Shown in pieces: positions 19,703 through 32,370 of a stretch of DNA of 64,000 nt. Source of the stretch: Eledone cirrhosa. Its lineage: Eukaryota. Both the position numbers and the translations under genes were made by a program. Location of the stretch: contig OZ024742.1 of assembly GCA_964016885.1 (NCBI GenBank), forward strand, positions 150,412,001 through 150,476,000, in the 5' to 3' direction. The notes beneath the pieces are model-generated. The model worked only from the letters and a program-made list of their open reading frames with translations. It had not been told where the DNA came from and ran no database searches. Within the stretch, counting starts at the first letter, position 1. Every line of letters starts with the position of its first letter.

Positions 19703-22700
19703 TCTTCTATTCGTTTACTGGTTTCAGTCATTTTCTTCAAAGTTTTTAGTTAACCATTATGATGTGATGTGCAGCCGATTGTCGCACTTGGTGATGAATT
19801 GATGGTCGTTTTGTTTTTGCTAAACCCCCACTTTCTTTTCTTTTTTTTTCCTCTCTTATGCGTTTTATTTGTGTTTATCAACGACATTATATTTGTTATG
19901 TTCTTCCGAACGAATGGTTAGGAATTTATGTTGTATACTCATTTGTAATGTTATTTATATATGTGAATACAAGATTGCTAATACTGCGGGAATCCGAAAA
20001 CATCACTGTAAATTGATATTGTTTGAGTAAAATTTAATTGTTTATTTGAGGTGAATGATCTCAATATTTTTATTTCCTATTTCTGCATGACTAATTTTAT
20101 AAAATAAACAATCCCATTATGACCTTCAACTTCAATTATAATATAAACATCTCTACTAGCAAAAAACACATCGTCTTCCCTTCAACATCACACCAGCTAC
20201 AAGTTTTAATTCTTTATGCTTTGAAATACAAACAATTTAAGACCTTGGAAAAGAAATCTTATACTCTGCTTACATGCATTGAGTGTTTATTCAGTTAATG
20301 TTTGAACTTTCTATCTAGAGTCGTACACAAAATATTCCATTCAAAATGCATGTATAACATGCACTCACACATATACACGTACATCAATATATATACATAC
20401 AGAGAGAGAGAGAAAGAGAGAGAGATATGTATCTGTGAGTCTGTGCTTGTATATGTATGCATAAGAGGTTTATATGAAAGCATATACAATACGTTTATGT
20501 ATACAAACATACATACTTCTCGCTGTGGGTATTCTAAGCCGTGATCATGTCACAACCACCTCAGTAATTGTGTGAAAATGCCAAACACTAGAGTTTGAAG
20601 ATTTGTAATCATTTTCAGTGACGTTTACTCGGCGAGACTTACGTATACAGACATATTGTATATGATTTCATATATGTCTCTAATTAATATGAACCTGTGA
20701 AGCCAGCATTATATGTAAATGAGTATCTTCATAATGTACCTTCTGAAAAAATCTATATAAGATATTAGCTCTTATTTTGTCTCAGTACCTACTGAGAAAC
20801 CGTCGCTGAAGATCAATAAAAATCCTGAAACTCAAGTGTTTGGCGGTCTCACTGAGATAATTGACATGCTCTAGCTTAAAGTACCCACAGCGAGATTTAT
20901 GTGTGTTTATTATACATAAACATGTTTTCAAATACGCATCTATTATGAATCTTCTATTTGTTTACTGGTTTCAGTCATTTTCTTCAAAGTTTTTAGTTAA
21001 CCATTATGATGTGATGTGCAGCCGATTGTCGCACTTGGTGATGAATTGATGGTCGTTTTGTTTTTGCTAAACCCCCACTCTTTTTCTTTTTTTTTCCTCT
21101 CTTATGCGTTTTATTTGTGTTTATCAACGACATTATATTTGTTATGTTCTTCCGAACGAATGGTTAGGAATTTATGTTGTATACTCATTTGTAATGTTAT
21201 TTATATATGTGAATACAAGATTGCTAATACTGCGGGAATCCGAAAACATCACTGTAAATTGATATTGTTTGAGTAAAATTTAATTGTTTATTTGAGGTGA
21301 ATGATCTCAATATTTTTATTTCTTATTTCTGCATGACTAATTTTATAAAATAAACAATCCCATTATGACCTTCAACTTCAATTATAATATAAACATCTCT
21401 ACTAGCAAAAAACACATCGTCTTCCCTTCAACATCACACCAGCTACAAGTTTTAATTCTTTATGCTTTGAAATACAAACAATTTAAGACCTTGGAAAAGA
21501 AATCTTATACTCTGCTTACATGCATTGAGTGTTTATTCAGTTAATGTTTGAACTTTCTATCTAGAGTCGTACACAAAATATTCCATTCAAAATGCATGTA
21601 TAACATGCACTCACACATATACACGTACATCAATATATATACATACAGAGAGAGAGAGAAAGAGAGAAAGAGAAAGAGAGAGAGATATGTATCTGTGAGT
21701 CTGTGCTTGTATATGTATGCATAAGAGGTGTATATGAAAGCATATACAATACGTTTATGTATACAAACATACATACTTCTCGCTGTGGGTATTCTAAGCC
21801 GTGATCATGTCACAACCACCTCAGTATTTGTGTGAAAATGCCAAACGCTAGAGTTTGAAGATTTTTAATCATTTTCAGTGACGTTTACTCGGCGAGACTT
21901 ACGTATACAGACATATTGTATATGATTTCATATATGTCTCTAATTAATATGAACCTGTGAAGCCAGCATTATATGTAAATGAGTATCTTCATAATGTACC
22001 TTCTGAAAAAATCTATATAAGATATTAGGTCTTATTTTGTCTCAGTACCTACTGAGAAACCGTCGCTGAAGATGAATAAAAATCCTGAAACTCAAGTGTT
22101 TGGCGGTCTCACTGAGATAATTGACATGCTCTAGCTTAAAGTACCCACAGCGAGATTTATGTGTGTTTATTATACATAAACATGTTTTCAAATACGCATC
22201 TATTATGAATCTTTTATTTGTTTACTGGTTTCAGTCATTTTCTTCAAAGTTTTTAGTTAACCATTATGATGTGATGTGCAGCCGATTGTCGCACTTGGTG
22301 ATGAATTGATGGTCGTTTTGTTTTTGCTAAACCCCCACTCTTTTTCTTTTTTTTTCCTATCTTATGCGTTTTATTTGTGTTTATCAACGACATTATATTT
22401 GTTATGTTCTTCCGAACGAATGGTTAGGAATTTATGTTGTATACTCATTTGTAATGTTATTTATATATGTGAATACAAGATTGCTAATACTGCGGGAATC
22501 CGAAAACATCACTGTAAATTGATATTGTTTGAGTAAAATTTAATTGTTTATTTGAGGTGAATGATCTCAATATTTTTATTTCTTATTTCTGCATGACTAA
22601 TTTTATAAAATAAACAATCCCATTATGACCTTCAACTTCAATTATAATATAAACATCTCTACTAGCAAAAAACACATCGTCTTCCCTTCAACATCACACC

Positions 22701-25700
22701 AGCTACAAGTTTTAATTCTTTATGCTTTGAAATACAAACAATTTAAGACCTTGGAAAAGAAATCTTATACTCTGCTTACATGCATTGAGTGTTTATTCAG
22801 TTAATGTTTGAACTTTCTATCTAGAGTCGTACACAAAATATTCCATTCAAAATGCATGTATAACATGCACTCCCACATATACACGTACATCAATATATAT
22901 ACATACAGAGAGAGAGAGAAAGAGAGAAAGAGAAAGAGAGAGAGATATGTATCTGTGAGTCTGTGCTTGTATATGTATGCATAAGAGGTCTATATGAAAG
23001 CATATACAATACGTTTATGTATACAAACATACATACTTCTCGCTGTGGGTATTCTAAGTTGTGATCATGTCACAACCACCTCAGTAATTGTGTGAAAATG
23101 CCAAACACTAGAGTTTGAAGATTTTTAATCATTTTCAGTGACGTTTACTCGGCGAGACTTACGTATACAGACATATTGTATATGATTTCATATATGTCTC
23201 TAATTAATATGAACCTGTGAAGCCAGCATTATATGTAAATGAGTATCTTCATAATGTACCTTCTGAAAAAATCTATTTAAGATATTAGCTCTTATTTTGT
23301 CTCAGTACCTACTGAGAAACCGTCGCTGAAGATCAATAAAAATCCTGAAACTCAAGTGTTTGGCGGTCTCACTGAGATAATTGACATGCCCTAGCTTAAA
23401 GTACCCACAGCGAGATTTATGTGTTTATTATACATAAACATGTTTTCAAATACGCATCTATTATGAATCTTCTATTTGTTTACTGGTTTCAGTCATTTTC
23501 TTCAAAGTTTTTAGTTAACCATTATGATGTGATGTGCAGCCGATTGTCGCACTTGGTGATGAATTGATGGTCGTTTTGTTTTTGCTAAACCCCCACTCTT
23601 TTTCTTTTTTTTCCTCTCTTATGCGTTTTATTTGTGTTTATCAACGACATTATATTTGTTATGTTCTTCCGAACGAATGGCTAGCAATTTATGTTGTATA
23701 CTCATTTGTAATGTTATTTATATATGTGAATACAAGATTGCTAATACTGCGGGAATCCGAAAACATCACTGTAAATTGATATTGTTTGAGTAAAATTTAA
23801 TTGTTTATTTGAGGTGAATGATCTCAATATTTTTATTTCTTATTTCTGCATGACTAATTTTATAAAATAAACAATCCCATTATGACCTTCAACTTCAATT
23901 ATAATATAAACATCTCTACTAGCAAAAAACACATCGTCTTCCCTTCAACATCACACCAGCTACAAGTTTTAATTCTTTATGCTTTGAAATACAAACAATT
24001 TAAGACCTTGGAAAAGAAATCTTATACTCTGCTTACATGCATTGAGTGTTTATTCAGTTAATGTTTGAACTTTCTATCTAGAGTCGTACACAAAATATTC
24101 CATTCAAAATGCATGTATAACATGCACTCACACATATACACGTACATCAATATATATACATACAGAGAGAGAGAGAAAGAGAGAGAGATATGTATCTGTG
24201 AGTCTGTGCTTGTATATGTATGCATAAGAGGTTTATATGAAAGCATATACAATACGTTTATGTATACAAACATACATACTTCTCGCTGTGGGTATTCTAA
24301 GTTGTGATCATGTCACAACCACCTCAGTATTTGTGTGAAAATGCCAAACACTATAGTTTGAAGATTTTTAATCATTTTCAGTGACGTTTACTCGGCGAGA
24401 CTTACGTATACAGACATATTGTATATGATTTCATATATGTCTCTAATTAATATGAACCTGTGAAGTCAGCATTATATGTAAATGAGTATCTTCATAATGT
24501 ACCTTCTGAAAAAATCTATTTAAGATATTAGCTCTTATTTTGTCTCAGTACCTACTGAGAAACCGTCGCTGAAGATCAATAAAAATCCTGAAACTCAAGT
24601 GTTTGGCGGTCTCACTGAGATAATTGACATGCTCTAGCTTAAAGTACCCACAGCGAGATTTATGTGTGTTTATTATACATAAACATGTTTTCAAATACGC
24701 ATCTATTATGAATCTTCTATTTGTTTACTGGTTTCAGTCATTTTCTTCAAAGTTTTTAGTTAACCATTATGATGTGATGTGCAGCCGATTGTCGCACTTG
24801 GTGATGAATTGATGGTCGTTTTGTTTTTGCTAAACCCCCACTTTCTTTTCTTTTTTTTTCCTATCTTATGCGTTTTATTTGTGTTTATCAACGACATTAT
24901 ATTTGTTATGTTCTTCCGAACGAATGGTTAGGAATTTATGTTGTATACTCATTTGTAATGTTATTTATATATGTGAATACAAGATTGCTAATACTGCGGG
25001 AATCCGAAAACATCACTGTAAATTGATATTGTTTGAGTAAAATTTAATTGTTTATTTGAGGTGAATGATCTCAATATTTTTATTTCTTATTTCTGCATGA
25101 CTAATTTTATAAAATAAACAATCCCATTATGACCTTCAACTTCAATTATAATAAAAACATCTCTACTAGCAAAAAACACATCGTCTTCCCTTCAACATCA
25201 CACCAGCTACAAGTTTTAATTCTTTATGCTTTGAAATACAAACAATTTAAGACCTTGGAAAAGAAATCTTATACTCTGCTTACATGCATTGAGTGTTTAT
25301 TCAGTTAATGTTTGAACTTTCTATCTAGAGTCGTACACAAAATATTCCATTCAAAATGCATGTATAACATGCACTCACACATATACACGTACATCAATAT
25401 ATATACATACAGAGATAGAGAGAAAGAGAGAAAGAGAAAGAGAGAGAGAGATATGTATCTGTGAGTCTGTGCTTGTATATGTATGCATAAGAGGTGTATA
25501 TGAAAGCATATATAATACGTTTATGTATACAAACATACATACTTCTCGCTGTGGGTATTCTAAGCCGTGATCATGTCACAACCACCTCAGTAATTGTGTG
25601 AAAATGCCAAACACTATAGTTTGAAGATTTTTAATCATTTTCAGTGACGTTTACTCGGCGAGACTTACGTATACAGACATATTGTATATGATTTCATATA

Positions 25701-25977
25701 TGTCTCTAATTAATATGAACCTGTGAAGCCATCATTATATGTAAATGAGTATCTTCATAATGTACCTTCTGAAAAAATCTATATAAGATATTAGCTCTTA
25801 TTTTGTCTCAGTACCTACTGAGAAACCGTCGCTGAAGATGAATAAAAATCCTGAAACTCAAGTGTTTGGCGGACTCACTGAGATAATTGACATGCCCTAG
25901 CTTAAAGTACCCACAGCGAGATTTATGTGTGTTTATTATACATAAACATGTTTTCAAATACGCATCTATTATGAATC
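19703..25977. repeat. Tandem array of five ~1.25 kb units (starts about 19703, 20950, 22210, 23468, 24713)
   Basis: Near-identical head-to-tail units differing by scattered SNPs and AG-run length. Confidence 0.98.
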
Positions 25978-26045
25978 ACGCGGTGTTAGTGTTATTGCCA
26001 ACACACACATAAATTCATCAATCAACCACAAGGAGACGTGTATTT

Positions 26046-26596
26046 GATGAGTATATTATATATATACCCATTCGTTCTAAATATTAATCTGAAATGGACA
26101 CACTATTTAATTAAGATATATAGTAAGAGGTACATTAGCAGCTGAAGTAATATCTGTTAAACTACAGAGTGGGTAACCGAGACTGCACCATCGTGTACAA
26201 ATATATAGACATATCCAACTTGTAGGCATGTAAACATGTCAGAAAATACGAATTTCTTTGTAAATTGAAAACATATATATACACATCTTCTGGTGAGGGT
26301 TCAATAAAAACAAATCCGAATGTCGATTAAAGGTGTTTATTTTTTTTTTTTATTTACAGGGAAATTCGTATTTTCTGGCATGCTTTCATGCATACAAGTT
26401 GGCTATGAATATATATATTTATATACGTTGATGCAGTCTCGGCTACACACTGTATACAGTTATAGTTTTATCATACACTTTGGCTAACATATCGCTTACT
26501 ATATATTTTAATTAATTACCAAAACGAGCGCTAATTATATGCAAATTAATATACATATTTCAAGATAATACTAAGAATGGGTTATATGTACCCATC
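26046..26596. mobile_element. Old long imperfect inverted repeat, probable MITE/hairpin element
   Basis: CCGAGACTGCA...CCAACTTGTA...CAGAAAATACGAATTTC mirrored by GAAATTCGTATTTTCTG...TACAAGTTGG...TGCAGTCTCGG. Confidence 0.65.
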
Positions 26597-26779
26597 AACA
26601 GCATGATTAGACAATATACAACAATTAGCACTACAGGAATTCATAATGAAATTTGGGAAAGAAAATTTCACCAAAAACAAATTGGATAGAGAAAACAAAA
26701 GCAATACGTGTCATATAAGGTTGGTAAAAGACATGGTGATAAATGTATCACCAAAACCACGGTGCATGGATACACAATA

Positions 26780-26964
26780 CAGGTAGAATTCCGTTATAAC
26801 GAATACCATTCTAACGAATCTTTCAATTTAACGAAATGTTATTCAATCCCGCAGGTAATAACAAACAAATGCTCGATTTCTTTCGGTCGATCTCGTTATA
26901 AATAATTTATCTTTACAACGAATTTTTTTACACCCCGTGAATTTCGTTATAATGGATTTCACTG
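26780..26964. mobile_element. pogo/Tc1-type MITE
   Basis: TIRs CAGGTAGAATTCCGTTATAACGAA / TTCGTTATAATGGATTTCACTG; internal TAACGAA repeats. Confidence 0.75.
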
Positions 26965-27399
26965 CATATAAATATTAGCTACATGTGATACTTTGTATAA
27001 AGAAAACGCCGTATCAACAAATGAGTGCTCGTAGCCAAGGTATGCAGAGATGGGATCTGGTGCAAAAACTTTAGAAATGGCCGTTAACCTGTGATGAAGT
27101 TGTAGGAACAATGCCCTGCCACACCTTTTAAACCTGACGAAGCCCATCCATTTCCAGGTCGGAACATAGACGATATCTTAGAGCGAAAGCATGGGGAAGA
27201 GAATTAACACCAGTACTGGACTGATACCTTTTTATCCATCTGGAAAGGTGAGATTCAAATCGAATTGTGCACAAACAAATACTGATGCATTTTTAATCCG
27301 ACACCCTAACGACTCTCAGTCCGCTGCCCTCTAACAACAATATATTTAAAACAACGACAACAAGGTCCGATGACGCTGAAGGCAATACAAATCTGAAAT

Positions 27400-28440
27400 A
27401 CAAAATAATTGGGGATGAGATAAAGAATACTCCAAGGGAGCTATATCTCTCTACTTTTCTTCTAATTTCAACAGCTTAAACCAAACTGAACTAGTCTACA
27501 AATGATATGGGAGGACAATCAATTTTATTTTCAACGTAGACGACCTCACGTATGCTGCGAATGATAAATAAATACAAAGATTACTACATTTTCTGTAGGA
27601 AAGATTACTACTGAAATTTATAATGAAATATGGGCTAGAACATTTCGCCAAGACTATGACGGGAGGGAAATTAATTAAAAAAAACTATTGTCAAGTTAGA
27701 TAGAGAAACAATAATACTAAGCATATGCTTATAGGAATTAGTGAACCAGACAGAGTGAAACACATGCAAATGAAAGAAAAGATTAAGAAGGAATATTATC
27801 GACGTATTAGATTAACACTTATAAGAAAACGAAATACCAAAGAAGGCGGTAATAGGCTTTAGTACTCTCACCTTCACAGTAATAACTTATAGTTATAATA
27901 TTCTCAACCGAATTATCATGACTAGACAGGAAAAACAAGAAATGTAATTGCTACGCCACCTAAAATCGATATTTTACCACAAATGCAAGAGATGAGGTCC
28001 TTCTGCAACTAGTAAGTTATTGTAAAATATCCAATCTACGACTACTCAAATACCTGATAAAGAATAACGAGGAAACTAATACATATAGATACAAAATAAA
28101 AACTATTTTTTGCCTCCAAGAAAACCAACATATATAACACAGGTGGTGTAACAGACAGTTGTGATGAGAATGGAGAAACAACAACTGTTAAAAAAACAAC
28201 AACACCGAATTAAACTGAAAATCGAGATAACGAATATTGTACTAACATGACGGCAAGAAAGGCTGCCGCGAGGCCCATATCTGAGAAGTCTGAAGAAAGG
28301 TGAAGCAGATTAAAAGAAATCTCAGCACTGGCTAGGGAGAACATGGTCCAAAACCTACGATAGAATAATTCTTCGTTGCCTCACGAGACCAAGGCTTCCC
28401 CTTGCCTCCCCCTACCAAAACCGTATATCACCAAAGCCGT
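27400..28440 (+). pseudogene. Heavily decayed R4-type non-LTR reverse transcriptase fragment
   Basis: Fragments ILQG, NVDDL, KIKKEYYRRIRLTL resemble the RT of the R4 copies at 48-56 kb. Confidence 0.65.
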
Positions 28441-28573
28441 ATATCAAGAAATATAATGGTTTCTAATTTGGGGGAGGGGAAGTCAAATAACTCTACCCCC
28501 CTATCCTTTTCTCACTTTCTTTCACTCTTGCCCCCTCTCAATCTTTCTTTGTAATTAGTGTGTGTGTATCGGT

Positions 28574-28613
<40 letters not shown>

Positions 28614-28661
28614 CTGAGATTACTCAGAGTAGCAACAGTGAGTAATTACAGTTAATATAAG

Positions 28662-28876
28662 GGTTTCTCGTTTAGGCACAAGACCAACAATTTGGGGGAA
28701 GAGAAAAGTCGATTAAATTGTCCTCAGTGCGTTGTTACTGGTGCTTTATTTTATTGACCCCGTCAGGAGAAAGGCAGATCTAACCTCGGCGGGATTTGAA
28801 CTCAGAACATAAAGAGCCGTAACCATACGCCGTAAAGCATGTTGTCCGACGCTCTACCGATACTGCCAATCCGCCG
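28662..28876 (-). mobile_element. Main SINE, full length
   Basis: Reverse complement of the SINE core and tRNA head. Confidence 0.88.
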
Positions 28877-29377
28877 TAATAATTCATATACAGGCATGAC
28901 CGAGTTTGATTTTTCAAATACTGGAAATTATACCAACATTGTTAAATACCGACAGAGAAGAGATAGCATAAATTTACACAGAAAATAAAAATAGCGACCA
29001 AATTTCCCTCAAATCTCAACCTACCGTCTTAAAGAATAGAAGACACTGAATAATGTAACCTAAGTGAAAAGAAGGGACAGAAGATCACAGATAGAATTCA
29101 CTTTAGACCATCACTCAGCTCGAAAACGGCTGACTTAAGATTAAACAACATGAAAAGGAAGTCAAGTGTTGTTATATATAAGGTCTACTTTTTTTTAGTC
29201 TGTCTGCTATCACGCAAAACCTCATGTACCCAAGATTTACATAGTTTCTACCTACTCATTTCTTATGATATCGCAGAAGGCCACTTCCCCGAAGAGATCA
29301 GTGCCTTGTCTCTTTCTTACTTACTAAGACTTTAGTTTACCCTAAGTTTACTCTAAGCCCTTATTTCAAATTCCCAG

Positions 29378-29570
29378 CATTGTACAGGTCAGAGAAACCT
29401 GTGTAAGTAGCTTCCTCTGCTACATGATGATTGTCCTATCACTTTTGCTACTACCTTATCCACTAGTAGATATCCCCAGACCAATTCTGTGTGGATTCCT
29501 CCTCTACATAGCAATCACATTTCTTTCAGACAAGCAACTTATCGACATATCTCTACTCCTAATTTTTAAA
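29378..29570 (+). pseudogene. SLC4A11-like: Isolated decayed exon of an SLC4A11/BTR1-like (SLC4 family) transporter
   Basis: Acceptor ...ATTCCCAG| then IVQVRETCVSSFLCYMMIVLSLLLLPYPLVDIPRPILCGFLLYIAITFLSDKQLID, recognised as the VRETR...GLSLLLLP.PL..IP.PVL.GLFLYIA.T.L.GNQ segment; several conserved residues altered and no clear donor. Confidence 0.75.
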
Positions 29571-30140
29571 TTATGGTTTTCACTCCATTATGAACGCATG
29601 CTTAATTACTTGAATAATAATATATATATATATATGTCTGTGTGCGTGCGCCTTTAGTATCTTAAAGGACTAAAGCTATGTTTCAGAGGAACTAGAACCA
29701 TCTTGCAAATGAACCAGATAATAACTATAATGATTTCTAGAGCTACCCTGCAAAGGAACTAGAGCTGTCCTGCAAATCAGTTAGACCTAATATGAATAGG
29801 TCATTTTTAATTCAAATTTGAATTAACTGTTCTGCGTAGTTATTATTTATCTTGAGTTATTACTTGTAGTGTCATTCACTGGCTAGGAATGGTCTGTTTT
29901 TTAAATTATATATACTAATATCTTTTTTTAAAACTTGATTTCCCCATTGACTGGATATAATTTTTGGTATTTTGAGTAACGGAGATAGATTTTGGGATAA
30001 ATAAAGTTGACATACAAAACTTTGCCACCAAGGCAGTCAGAATATCAAGATAAGAGAATAACAAAAAATATTGTCAGAATCTATTTTAATCTGTCGTTAC
30101 AGATAAATAAAATTGATTAGTAGGTACGGCTTCTTTATAA

Positions 30141-30322
30141 ATAATTGTTTCTACTTTTGGCACAAGGCCAGCAATTATCCCAGTGTATTACTGGTACTTT
30201 ATTTTATCGACCCCGTAAGGATGAAAGGCAAAGTTAACCCCGGCGGGATTTGAACTCAGACCATAAAGGGCCGTAACTCTTTGCTGCAAAGCATGGCGCC
30301 CGACCTTCTACCGATACTACCA
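30141..30322 (-). mobile_element. Main SINE
   Basis: Reverse complement of SINE core and head. Confidence 0.9.
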
Positions 30323-31037
30323 AAAAGTCAAATGTACGTTCATCTATCTGCTTAACAGCGAATGAAAGTATTGAATTTATTCTTTAACGGAAGGAACATA
30401 TCGTCTAAATAACGAAAACAAAATTGAGAATTTTTTTAATGATTTAGTAAATGAAGAACGACAGTGCCTATGACTCTTTTTGAGGATTGCCGGACAGATG
30501 GAAGGAATGGGGGAGAATATCCTCAGATCGGAGATTGAGCACAAATGCTTGCAACAGTGAAATCCGTCAGAGTCTCTCAACGATAACCGTGGTGGTATTA
30601 AACTGGGGGATAGATTAAATCTACGACGACTTTTTAGATGTGAAGGCGACAAATATAATGACATTCTGGACTTACCGATAAATTTGATAGGCTAAAGTTA
30701 ATGTTAGTTTTTCTGTCCGCCGGGGCTGTGGGGAGGCCACCAATATGATTGACAAACTTATCATTTTATCAGTCAGTCTACTCAATGAAAACTGATATTT
30801 GTGTTTGACTGTTTAGAGTTATTTTAGCAGGGGAAATGGTGTGCTTCAATTTCAGGTCGAATTAATTTTATTATAGTTACATTACCATATATATGAATGT
30901 CACAACTTCCAATATATTCTTATGTCTTGTAATAAGGAGCAATATTAAAGGATCCAGCAGATGTAAATCCCATGGCCGTAGGTGCAACACATCATCGAAA
31001 GAAGCATTAACACCCGTTAGCTTATTATTTATATTTC

Positions 31038-31200
31038 TTGAAGTTGGAAGTTTCAAGCATCAATGTTGTTTGGCTATGAAACAGTCTAAGCTGGACATAT
31101 AAACCTTGAAGACGGAGAAAAATGTGTATAGTCCCCAAGGTATATATTTCCAACAGACAATGTTTCATAGTCAAACAACGTTGATGCTTCTAACTTTCAA
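31038..31200. repeat. Imperfect ~160-bp hairpin (small palindromic element)
   Basis: AAGCATCAATGTTGTTTGGCTATGAAACA / TGTTTCATAGTCAAACAACGTTGATGCTT. Confidence 0.7.
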
Positions 31201-32272
31201 ATTAAAAAAAAACTTCCTAGCGCTCAACGGTTCTCAAAAAAGATCGTTTACATATATAATTCTGTCTTAATCATTGGAAGATTGCTTTTTGCATCAGCAC
31301 CTAATACTTTTTGCAGGGTCTCCGAAACTGATAGAAGGGAGAGTGGAAATTACCATCAGACCCGAGACCTTGCCACAATGCTTGAAGCCAGGTGATGGCT
31401 TGCAGTAATGTGTTCAAATCTGCACACGGAATTTGCTATTCGGTTAATATGCTTTAGAGTATAAAATGTAAAACAGGATATAAACTTAGAAATGTGATAC
31501 ATCACAATCCTGTACCGGTGATCTTTACAAACTTAGGTATTTAAAATGTTCTTATACATACACAAAACCGGATGTTTTTGTAAGAAATTAATAATACGTA
31601 AATATAACTAAACTGAAGCATATAGGTGGTCGTTCGATCTGCTAAAAATAGATCGATATTGTTTTCAGACTCCTGGAAATCTATAAAATATGTAGCACTC
31701 CGCCACACACACACATGCTAAATTATTCATTCGTTTTCAATAAAGAAGTTGATACACCGTGCTTCATCTCCCGTTACTTATTCCTCGTAGCCCGTCCCCG
31801 TGAATCGCCAATCGACCCCAAGGTGGACGCCTCATAGTGAAAACAATACCCTTTGCTGACGGCATGGATGAATGAATAATAAGGTCACGTTGAAGAAATT
31901 CATGAGACAATCAGACTACTTAAATTGTCAAAGTAAAAGAGATTGATAGTATTACTATTTTCGTTTTTTTTTCTTTCTGTTGTTGTCTTTGGAATTAAGA
32001 AACACCATGTGCCCCCAAACTTTCTCCTTGGAACGCAGATTTCGAAAATCAAATCTGTTTGTCTCTAGGACACACCGTTTTGGAGCCTTTTGGCGATATA
32101 CATATATATAACTGCTCTGTAAAACAACCGATGTTATTACATTGAGCTATTTATCTTACTGGTAATAAGATAGTAATTAATGACTATCTTTCACTATTTA
32201 GGGTTTGTATAAAAAAATATATAACCATAAAAGGTATTATTACATACATAACCATAAATAGTATCCTTAATA

Positions 32273-32370
<98 letters not shown>

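Noticed and set aside
19753-19806. C/D snoRNA-like motifs in the tandem unit
   Set aside because: C and D boxes both mismatched and too little space for a guide.
20295-24812. Repeated 62-86 aa ORFs in the tandem units
   Set aside because: Non-ATG starts, broken by indels between units, no recognisable domain.
30377-30670. Coding-like stretch
   Set aside because: In-frame stops on the + strand and no family I can name; possibly a decayed LINE.
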